From Sulfurovum sp. (lineage in GTDB: Bacteria > Campylobacterota > Campylobacteria > Campylobacterales > Sulfurovaceae), in NCBI RefSeq assembly GCF_024762315.1, contig NZ_JANTHR010000002.1: a DNA stretch of 64,000 bases. One strand, 5' to 3'. Numbering within the stretch: position 1 is the stretch's first letter; each line of letters opens with the position of its first letter. Under the pieces are notes generated by a model. That model saw only the letters and a program-made list of their open reading frames with translations. It made no database searches and was not told where the DNA came from. Below are positions 56,928 to 64,000 of this stretch, piece by piece. Made by a program: the position numbers and the translations under genes.

Positions 56928-58372
56928 TCTCCTATAATATTGATTTCAACACGACGATTTTTTTGTTTATTCTCGTCTGTGGTATTGGGTACAAGCGGTT
57001 TGCTCTCTCCATATCCTTTTGCCCTGAGGCGTTGAGGTGAAACCCCTTGGGACACAAGTTCTTTCTTCACGGTATCGACTCTGGCTTGTGAAAGTTTCTG
57101 GTTAAAGGCTTCATCGCCGTCTGAATCAGTATGCCCTGCGATCTCTATATGGACTTCAGGATATTTTTTCAAGATGGAAGCAAGTTTGTCCACCGTAGCT
57201 CGTCCCCTGCTTGTTAAGGTACTTTTAGCCGTGTTGAACTCAATATTCTCTACTTGAAGAAGTTGAAGGATATTGGCTTTGGCTTCTTGCTCCTGGGCAG
57301 CTTTTTGTGCAGCCTCTTCTCTTGCAAGCTGTGCTTGCTCTTCCTGTACACGTCTTTCTTTTTCTGCTTCAACCCTTTTTTTCTCTTCTTCCAGTCTTGC
57401 TTGCTCGGCGGACTTTCGTTCAAGCGTCTCTTTTTCCTCTGTCAGCCTTCTGTTCTCCTGTGCAAGTTTTGCTTCCTCCCTGGCCTTTTGCGCATCAGCA
57501 ATTCTTTGAAGGTACTCTTTATCTATGCTCGTAAAGTTCTTTGTAGGGATATTTGCACTGCCAAGCAGTTTTTCCATCTCCCTCATTGCAGCTTCATTCT
57601 TTGCTTTCCCTTTTACTGTAAGTACTTTGTCCCGGTAGCTTATTTCCCCTTCTGTATAGTTCTGGGCAAAATGGGGAAGGATCTTCTCTGTCAACCCAAT
57701 GCCGCCAAAGTCAAGAAGTTTTGCATCTTCAGAGAGTGCAGAGGCAGTTACGGGAGCATTGGTACGCTTAAATGCAGCCTGAAGTGCATTTTCCTGTGTT
57801 TTATCAGTAAAATGCCCGGAGAGAATATTTCTTTGTTCCGTATGGCTGATAACAAAATCAATTGGCTTTTTTTCCAATACGACTTTGGTATTGTTCTTTG
57901 ATGCAATAGGTGAAGCAGCAAGAAGCTTTTGCATTTGGTGTTTGGCTTCATAGCTGTTTACCTCACCTTCAACGATAAGCACTTCATTGCTATAGCGGAT
58001 CTTACCATTTTTATACTCTTTTACAAAATGGGGAATGATCTTTTTGGTAAGGGAGATACTGCCTTTTTCCAAAAGTGCTTCATTGGTCGATGTATTGCCA
58101 ATGTTCAACTTGGTATTTTGGGCATCAAATAACGCACTTAGTTCATTTTGCTGTATCGTATTTCTAAAATTCCCACTCAGCCTATACCCTTTAGGAGTTT
58201 GCTGAATGACATATTCAATGATATGTGCTTCAAGAGGTATGGTAACTACGGTAGCAGTCTTTGTTGCGGCCGGTGCAGTAAGGGTCAGTTTATCCATTTT
58301 TTGCAAAGTACAGAAGAATATCAGTATAAGCAAAAGCAGGAGTAAAAGCCAGATTTTTTTCATGGTGATCAC
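56924..58372 (-). CDS. OmpA-family protein with internal ~100-aa repeats and a coiled coil
   Basis: 482 aa. Signal/anchor, two clearly related modules (LSGNFRN...IVEGEVNSYEAKHQMQKLL and LSGHFTD...TVKGKAKNEAAMREMEKLL), E/K/Q/A-rich coiled coil, C-terminal OmpA domain (GHTDSDGDEAFNQKLSQARVDTV, NRRVEI). Confidence 0.8.
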   Translation of the reverse strand: MITMKKIWLLLLLLLILIFFCTLQKMDKLTLTAPAATKTATVVTIPLEAHIIEYVIQQTPKGYRLSGNFRNTIQQNELSALFDAQNTKLNIGNTSTNEALLEKGSISLTKKIIPHFVKEYKNGKIRYSNEVLIVEGEVNSYEAKHQMQKLLAASPIASKNNTKVVLEKKPIDFVISHTEQRNILSGHFTDKTQENALQAAFKRTNAPVTASALSEDAKLLDFGGIGLTEKILPHFAQNYTEGEISYRDKVLTVKGKAKNEAAMREMEKLLGSANIPTKNFTSIDKEYLQRIADAQKAREEAKLAQENRRLTEEKETLERKSAEQARLEEEKKRVEAEKERRVQEEQAQLAREEAAQKAAQEQEAKANILQLLQVENIEFNTAKSTLTSRGRATVDKLASILKKYPEVHIEIAGHTDSDGDEAFNQKLSQARVDTVKKELVSQGVSPQRLRAKGYGESKPLVPNTTDENKQKNRRVEINIIGE

Positions 58373-58511
58373 TCTCCTTTTAATGGTATTACAGAAAATT
58401 ATAGTCTTTTTTTATTAAAAGTTAAGAATTATGATAGGGGGAGGGATATGGAGAGGGGCTGAGTCAATCAGCAAGCCTCCCGCCACTGTAAAGTACAGGG
58501 GCTACTTTTGG

Positions 58512-60632
58512 TTATACAATAAAGATGGTCGGGATGATAAGCGGATATCTTTTTTTCGTACGAACCACATGTTTTCTGATAGCATTGCGGATTTCATTTT
58601 CAATAAAAGAATGTTCTTTAAGCGCCTCCGGTTTCATGTTGAGAAGCAGGGTCTCAAGCAATACTTCGATCTCTTTTGCGAATTTTTTGTCATCTTTGTC
58701 TGCCACAAGTCCATGTGTGTATACAATAGGCTTGCCGACAACTTTTTGGTTGTTCTGTGCGATTTGTGCTACCACTGTGACAATACCGTCTTCAGCCAGC
58801 TTCTGTCTGTCAAGTACTACATCATTTTCGATCGTCATATTGTTCTGATTGTCAATATAGGTCTTCCCGGATTTAACGGTTTTCACTTTTTTGAGGTACT
58901 TGGGGGTGATCTCTACCTGGTCACCGTCGCTCATTAGAAGGATGTTTCTTTCATCCACTCCGCAGCTTACCGCTGTTTTGGCATGCTGGGCAATGTGGTT
59001 GTACTCGCCGTGTACCGGCAGAAAGAACTTAGGCTGAATGAGTCTTAAGATGAGTTTTTGTTCTTCCTGTGCCGCGTGTCCCGATACGTGTATATCGGCA
59101 AATTCTTTATAGCGTACGGTCACACCGGCCTTAATAAGAAGGTTCATCAGCTTGGAGACTGATGCCTCATTCCCGGGGATAGCAGAAGCAGAGATGATGA
59201 CCGTATCAGACGGCTTGAGTTTGATATGTCTATGCTCGTCCGTTGCCATACGGTTGAGCGCTGCCATGGTCTCGCCCTGAGAACCGGTTGTAACGATGAG
59301 GACTTCATGATCGGCATATTTTGGTACCTCATGCACTTCAATGAAATGTTTGTCATCTATATCCACAAAACCCAGCGCCCTGTTGGTCTCTACATTCCTT
59401 TCCATTGAGCGTCCGATGACACAGATCTTTCTGCCATGCTTTACGCCTCTTTCCATGGCCTGGAAGATACGGTGGACATTGGAAGAGAAGGTTGACATGA
59501 TCACTCTTCCTTTCGCAAGTTCAAAGAGTGTATCGAATGTTTTTCCTACAACTGTTTCACTTTTGGTAAAACCCGGATTATGTGAATTGGTAGAGTCAGA
59601 GAAGAGGCAAAGTACCCCTTTTGCTCCATAATAGGCATACCGCTGCAGATCCATAGTGTAGCCGTCAACAGGAGTGTGGTCTATTTTGAAATCCGCCGTA
59701 TGGACAAGTGTTCCTGCCGGTGTCTCTATGGCGAGGGAACATGCATCAATGATAGAGTGGGTATTATGTATCCATTCTATTTGCATATCGCCGATGGTAT
59801 ACTGCTTTCTTTTTGTGATAAAGTTGAAATATTTTGCATCCGCTTTAAGTCCATGTTCATTGAACTTGTTCTCTATCATCGCAAGCGCAAGAGGTGTTCC
59901 GTAGATAGGGAATTTTAACTCTTTAAAGAGGTAGGGCACTGCACCGATGTGATCTTCATGGCCATGTGTGATGACAATACCTTTTATCTTGTTTTTGATC
60001 GTATGAAGGTAAGAGAAATCAGGTACCAAAATATCGACTCCATGCATGGTCTCATCAGGGAAGCTCATTCCAACATCGATGACAATAGCACTGCTTTCTG
60101 TCTCAAGTACCGCCATGTTGCCCCCGATCTCGCCGAGACCGCCCAGCGGTGTAAATCTTACTTTGCCTTTACTTGCCATGTTGATCTGTTTCCAGGGAGC
60201 CATCCTTGCTTCCTGAACACGTCTGTTCTCTTCAATGGAAGCCCTCATTGCTTCATTTACGGTAGTGACATTCTTCCTTTTCCCTCTGCCTTTATTGCCC
60301 TTATTCGGATTATTGGGCCTGTTATTAGGGTTTGGTTTTCTGTTTTGATTATGTTTTTGATTAGGGTTTTGTTTTCTATTGGGATTTTGATTGTTTTTTG
60401 CACCTTCACTGTTTTGTGCATTGGTATTTTGATTTGGGTTTGGCTTTCTGTTTGGATGGGGTTTTCTGTTCGGCTTAGTGTTCGACCTGTCAGTACTTTG
60501 CCTGTTTTCACTTTGTGTGTTGGTGTTCTGTTGTCTATGCGGGTTTGGTCTTCTCTCTCTTTGTCTGTTATCGTTTGGAGTTTTTTGCCCTTGATTTTGA
60601 GAGTTTTCGTTGTTTGGTTTGCTGTTTTCCAT
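58512..60632 (-). CDS. rnj: Ribonuclease J with ~130-aa low-complexity N-terminal extension
   Basis: 706 aa. Metallo-beta-lactamase motif THGHEDHIG, beta-CASP and C-terminal domains. The N-terminus is N/P/K/Q/R-rich. Confidence 0.9.
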   Translation of the reverse strand: MENSKPNNENSQNQGQKTPNDNRQRERRPNPHRQQNTNTQSENRQSTDRSNTKPNRKPHPNRKPNPNQNTNAQNSEGAKNNQNPNRKQNPNQKHNQNRKPNPNNRPNNPNKGNKGRGKRKNVTTVNEAMRASIEENRRVQEARMAPWKQINMASKGKVRFTPLGGLGEIGGNMAVLETESSAIVIDVGMSFPDETMHGVDILVPDFSYLHTIKNKIKGIVITHGHEDHIGAVPYLFKELKFPIYGTPLALAMIENKFNEHGLKADAKYFNFITKRKQYTIGDMQIEWIHNTHSIIDACSLAIETPAGTLVHTADFKIDHTPVDGYTMDLQRYAYYGAKGVLCLFSDSTNSHNPGFTKSETVVGKTFDTLFELAKGRVIMSTFSSNVHRIFQAMERGVKHGRKICVIGRSMERNVETNRALGFVDIDDKHFIEVHEVPKYADHEVLIVTTGSQGETMAALNRMATDEHRHIKLKPSDTVIISASAIPGNEASVSKLMNLLIKAGVTVRYKEFADIHVSGHAAQEEQKLILRLIQPKFFLPVHGEYNHIAQHAKTAVSCGVDERNILLMSDGDQVEITPKYLKKVKTVKSGKTYIDNQNNMTIENDVVLDRQKLAEDGIVTVVAQIAQNNQKVVGKPIVYTHGLVADKDDKKFAKEIEVLLETLLLNMKPEALKEHSFIENEIRNAIRKHVVRTKKRYPLIIPTIFIV

Positions 60633-61425
60633 CTAAATTATCCTTTAATTCATTATATAAGTGATGATAAAGAGATGTCTCAGCTTCATGAGGTCGCAAG
60701 TTAGGATCCAGGTCCAGGTTTGCAAAAGTTTGATCCACAATATCTTTTGAAAAAGCAGACATGAGATTCTTAGAGAGTTTTTTGCGAGGCTGCGAGAATG
60801 CAACCTTTAAAAATGTTTCAAACTTCTCATCGTCTCTTGACCGGTCTTTTTCTATTAAAAGCACAGCAGAAGTTACGTTTGGAGGAGGCACAAATGCTTC
60901 GCGTTCAACCTCGAAACACAATGTAGCCTTTCCTACGCTTCCGGCAAGTACAGAAAGAGCAGAAAACTCTTTCTGTTTCGCAGCGGCTGCAAATTTTACG
61001 GCAACTTCTTTTTGAACCATGACGAGTATGGATCGACATCGTTCATCTCTAAATGCTTTTAAGATGATATTGGTCGCGATATAATAGGGCAGATTGGCTA
61101 CCAGATGATAAGGTTCATCCAGCAGGTTACCTGACTCCCAACGCTCAAGCACATCCCCGCAACGAAGTTCGAAGTTCCCTTGACGAATGGGTTCCTCAAA
61201 CTCTGCTGTAAGATGCTCGCATAATCTTTTATCAACCTCAAATGCTGTGACATTTCTTGTTTTCACAAGTTCTTTGGTTAAATCACCTAAGCCAGGCCCA
61301 ATTTCTGCAACTTTTAAGTTGTCGTTGGGCATCGCTTGGACGATTTTTTGAAGATAATAGTCATTTTTTAAAAAATTCTGTCCAAATTTCTTAGATGCAA
61401 ATTCGGCTAAATCTTCAACAATCAT
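60568..61425 (-). CDS. rsmA: 16S rRNA (adenine1518/1519-N6)-dimethyltransferase RsmA/KsgA
   Basis: 285 aa. FGQNFL motif and SAM site EIGPGLGDLT. The basic C-terminal tail overlaps the rnj start by 65 nt. Confidence 0.9.
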   Translation of the reverse strand: MIVEDLAEFASKKFGQNFLKNDYYLQKIVQAMPNDNLKVAEIGPGLGDLTKELVKTRNVTAFEVDKRLCEHLTAEFEEPIRQGNFELRCGDVLERWESGNLLDEPYHLVANLPYYIATNIILKAFRDERCRSILVMVQKEVAVKFAAAAKQKEFSALSVLAGSVGKATLCFEVEREAFVPPPNVTSAVLLIEKDRSRDDEKFETFLKVAFSQPRKKLSKNLMSAFSKDIVDQTFANLDLDPNLRPHEAETSLYHHLYNELKDNLDGKQQTKQRKLSKSRAKNSKR

Positions 61426-61505
61426 ACTATAATATACCTTCTAATCACCTATTTGGGATAATTTTTGTATAATCTTACCATAATTTTAGAGGATATGGAC
61501 TATAA

Positions 61506-61631
61506 ATGGATTATTTTGCAAAACGTATCATCATCAAAGGATATCAAATGAGAAAAACCCATTTGACTACATTGCCGCTGAGGCGACTTCAGCAGTCGGC
61601 TCATGCGACTGGCCGCATTGGAAAGATATAG
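61506..61631 (+). other. 41-codon upstream ORF beginning with a duplicate of hisF codons 1-9
   Basis: ATGGATTATTTTGCAAAACGTATCAT (61506-61531) versus ATGGATTATTTCGCAAAACGTATTAT (61633-61658): 24/26 identical, both differences synonymous. TAG stop at 61629-61631, 1 nt before the hisF ATG. TATAAT at 61468-61473 upstream. Confidence 0.5.
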
Positions 61632-61632
61632 C

Positions 61633-62397
61633 ATGGATTATTTCGCAAAACGTATTATACCCTGCCTGGATGTGAGTGAGGGACGCGTAGTCAAAGGTGT
61701 GAATTTTGTAGGCCTGCGTGATGCAGGTGACCCTGTGGAAGTGGCTAGACGCTACAATGAAGAGGGTGCCGACGAGATCACTTTTTTGGATATTGGCGCA
61801 AGTCATGAAGGACGCGACACCATTGTGGATGTGGTAAAAAAAGTGGCAGAGGAAGTATTCATCCCTCTGACGGTAGGGGGAGGTATTCGTGAACTTACAG
61901 ATATTTACAGCCTTCTCAATGTCGGTTGTGACAAAGTAAGCATCAATTCGGCTGCTATCAAACGACCGGCTTTCATAGAAGAGGGAGCAAAACGTTTCGG
62001 TTCCCAGTGTATTGTCGTAGCAATAGACGCCAAAAGGGTTGCAGATGGCAAATGGCATGTCTTTACCCATGGTGGACGCAATGACACAGGCATCGATGCG
62101 CTGGAGTGGGCAAAAGAAGCACATAGCAGAGGAGCAGGTGAATTGCTTGTGACCTCTATGGATGCAGACGGGACCAAAGCTGGATTCGATAATGAGCTTA
62201 ACCGAAAGATCAGTGACCTTGTGAATATCCCGTTGATCGCAAGCGGCGGGGCAGGGACGATGAAACACATAGAAGAGGCATTCACCATTGGCCATGCAGA
62301 TGCGGCGCTTGCAGCATCCATCTTTCACTTTAGGGAGATAGACATTATGGAGCTTAAGGCGTACCTCCATGAGAAAAACATCCCTGTGAGAATGTAA
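61633..62397 (+). CDS. hisF: Imidazole glycerol phosphate synthase cyclase subunit HisF
   Basis: Starts [14 protein letters not shown], the canonical HisF N-terminus, with GGAAAG 7 nt upstream. The in-frame ATG at 61603 would add 10 non-homologous residues. Confidence 0.95.
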   Translation: MDYFAKRIIPCLDVSEGRVVKGVNFVGLRDAGDPVEVARRYNEEGADEITFLDIGASHEGRDTIVDVVKKVAEEVFIPLTVGGGIRELTDIYSLLNVGCDKVSINSAAIKRPAFIEEGAKRFGSQCIVVAIDAKRVADGKWHVFTHGGRNDTGIDALEWAKEAHSRGAGELLVTSMDADGTKAGFDNELNRKISDLVNIPLIASGGAGTMKHIEEAFTIGHADAALAASIFHFREIDIMELKAYLHEKNIPVRM

Positions 62398-62976
62398 ATG
62401 TTTATTTGTGCAGGAGAGAGCGAGCAGTTTGATTTTGCAATGCCTGTAGGCATAGGGCTTATGGATACCGCAATCAATCTTACCAAAATGGTTCTCTCTG
62501 AGAAACCAAAGGAACTGATTTTTGTTGGAACGGCAGGGAGTTATGGTGATAAGAAGGTGTTTGATATTATTACTTCATATGAAGCAGTCAATATTGAAAA
62601 CAGCTATTTTAATGCGGGAGCATATACCCCTATTGTTTCACGTGAAACAAGTTTTCCCAGAGAAGGTTCTTGCAGCAGCAAAATAGTTGTGAACTCTTCA
62701 AACTATATAACAACGGATGCCAGACTGGGTAAGTACTATATTGAAAAAGGTATTGCAGTTGAGAATATGGAATTCTATGCTGTAATGAAAGTGGCGAAGG
62801 CATTCGACATTCCTGCTGAAGGAATATTGATCGTAACCAACTATTGTAATGAAAATGCACATAGAGATTTTCTCAAAAACCATAAAGAAGCCATGGAAAA
62901 ACTAGATATATATGTAAAAAAGATGATCAAAGAGCAGATGGCAAAAAATAATGCTGCCAACCATTTTGGGCGATAA
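62398..62976 (+). CDS. Nucleoside phosphorylase-superfamily (PNP_UDP_1) protein, possibly futalosine hydrolase-like
   Basis: 192 aa. FVGTAGSYG and ENMEFYAVMKVA...ILIVTNY resemble the phosphorylase/nucleosidase fold. Specific function is uncertain. Confidence 0.45.
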   Translation: MFICAGESEQFDFAMPVGIGLMDTAINLTKMVLSEKPKELIFVGTAGSYGDKKVFDIITSYEAVNIENSYFNAGAYTPIVSRETSFPREGSCSSKIVVNSSNYITTDARLGKYYIEKGIAVENMEFYAVMKVAKAFDIPAEGILIVTNYCNENAHRDFLKNHKEAMEKLDIYVKKMIKEQMAKNNAANHFGR

Positions 62977-63063
62977 CAAAAGATTGCCCCTACAAAGATT
63001 GGGATAATGCAGGGGATACCCCTTGCGGATACCGGATCTTAGAAAATTAAAAAGACAATAACC

Positions 63064-64000
63064 ATGAAAAAAATAATACAAGACCTAACAAAAGAAGAGC
63101 TAAGCGAAAAGATCAAACCCGCATTCAGGGCAAAACAGATCTACAACTGGATCTACCATAAATATGCGACTTCATTCGATGAGATGAAGAATCTTCCTAA
63201 AGAGATGAGAGAGAAGCTTGATGAGGAATATACCCTTACCCCGCTCAAAACGCTGACAGTACAAGACAGTAAAGACGGCAGTCGCAAATATCTTTTTGAA
63301 CTGCATGACGGGCATACCGTAGAAGCCGTATTGCTTTTAATGAAAGAGAAGGAGTATCATGAAGATGGCTCTGTAAAGCATCAGGAGCGCTATACAGTCT
63401 GTATCTCCTCTCAGGTAGGGTGTAAGGTAGGGTGTGCCTTTTGTTTGACCGCAAAGGGCGGTTTTATGCGTAATTTGACTGCCGGTGAGATCGTTGAACA
63501 GGTACGCATGATCAAAAAAGACAATGCCATTGCTGCCAACCGTCGTGTCAACTTGGTTTATATGGGAATGGGTGAACCACTTGACAACCTGGATGAGGTA
63601 GTGAAATCTGTAAAGATATTTGCTGATCCGGAGGGGATGTCTATTGCAACGCATCGTCAAACCATCTCCACCTCCGGACTCAGCTCCAAGATAGAAAAAC
63701 TTGGAAAAATGGAGCTGGGGATCAATCTTGCTATTTCGCTTCATGCCGTAGACGATGAACTCAGGCAGCAACTCATGCCTATTAACAAAGCCTACAATAT
63801 TGAGTCGATCATCACGGCAGTAAAAAACTTTCCTGTCAACGATAGAAAACGGGTGATGTTCGAGTACCTTGTCATCAAAGATGTCAATGACGATATCAGT
63901 GCAGCAAAGAAACTTTTGAGCCTGTTGGATGGGATCAAAGCAAAAGTCAATTTGATCTATTTCAACCCTTACGGCGGAACAGAATTTAAGCGGCCCTCCG
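63064..64000 (+). CDS. rlmN: 23S rRNA/tRNA adenine-C2 methyltransferase RlmN (radical SAM), 3'-truncated by the window end
   Basis: Open frame from ATG 63064 to the window end; absent from the ORF track because it has no stop. [10 protein letters not shown], radical-SAM [22 protein letters not shown]. Confidence 0.9.
   Translation, partial: MKKIIQDLTKEELSEKIKPAFRAKQIYNWIYHKYATSFDEMKNLPKEMREKLDEEYTLTPLKTLTVQDSKDGSRKYLFELHDGHTVEAVLLLMKEKEYHEDGSVKHQERYTVCISSQVGCKVGCAFCLTAKGGFMRNLTAGEIVEQVRMIKKDNAIAANRRVNLVYMGMGEPLDNLDEVVKSVKIFADPEGMSIATHRQTISTSGLSSKIEKLGKMELGINLAISLHAVDDELRQQLMPINKAYNIESIITAVKNFPVNDRKRVMFEYLVIKDVNDDISAAKKLLSLLDGIKAKVNLIYFNPYGGTEFKRPS

Noticed and set aside
60200-60632. Imperfect short tandem repeats that could look like a repeat array or CRISPR
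   Set aside because: There is no repeat-spacer periodicity. The region is in-frame coding sequence for the RNase J low-complexity tail. No CRISPR array or cas genes appear anywhere in the window.
59949-60704. 251-aa plus-strand ORF over the rnj 5' region, plus several other long antisense ORFs (44016-44687 in typA, 16794-17417 in gdhA, 31616-32257 and 31058-31576 in psrA, 57254-57901 in the OmpA gene, 63337-63771 in rlmN)
   Set aside because: All are shadow ORFs opposite well-supported genes, kept open by low-complexity or codon-biased sequence.
61506-61631. Histidine-operon-style attenuator leader peptide upstream of hisF
   Set aside because: The 41-codon uORF has only two scattered His codons and no His run. 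The duplication/insertion explanation fits better, though a regulatory role is not excluded.
61567-62370. 267-aa minus-strand ORF (and 61905-62321) opposite hisF
   Set aside because: Antisense to a canonical HisF. Cys/His/Phe-rich nonsense composition.

Overview
This 64-kb window looks like core chromosome from a Campylobacterota (epsilonproteobacterial) sulfur-metabolising organism. The lineage call is inference from gene content: NifS-NifU Fe-S system, ruvC|dnaA-dnaN origin layout, ThyX, RNase J with a long N-terminal tail, and Psr-type molybdoenzymes. From left to right: (1) 39-10843 holds a type II secretion (T2SS) locus with non-canonical gene order, split into gspK-L-M-N-C-D-E (minus strand), gspG plus two minor pseudopilins (plus strand), and gspF plus an RDD protein (plus strand). 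A small exosortase/archaeosortase-like membrane protein sits between the pseudopilin genes and gspF. (2) Housekeeping genes follow: MFS transporter, mobA, LysR/yeiH pair, comM, gdhA, def-clpP, tig, mutY, folE, nifS-nifU-mrp. (3) A psrA-psrB-psrC polysulfide/thiosulfate-reductase-type operon is followed by a second, diverged psrA paralog. (4) recJ-pyrG-dnaN-dnaA and a divergent ruvC carry DnaA-box clusters on both sides of dnaA, a candidate bipartite oriC. (5) More housekeeping follows: ldt, thyX, dgt, typA, purM, an alanine:cation symporter, a 5-gene tRNA operon (Pro-His-Arg-Arg-Leu), OmpA-type lipoproteins, rarA, rluB, kpsF, rnj, rsmA, hisF, rlmN (truncated by the window end). I saw no CRISPR array, IS element, integrase, prophage or obvious defence island. 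The most unusual items are the exosortase-like gene inside a gspO-less, gspJ-less T2SS locus; a ~127-nt insertion that duplicates the first 9 codons of hisF; a small family of GC-rich hairpin elements in otherwise AT-rich intergenic DNA; a shared extended palindrome upstream of nifSU and psrABC; and the psrABC-psrA' arrangement. All functional calls come from reading motifs and topology by eye. No searches were run.
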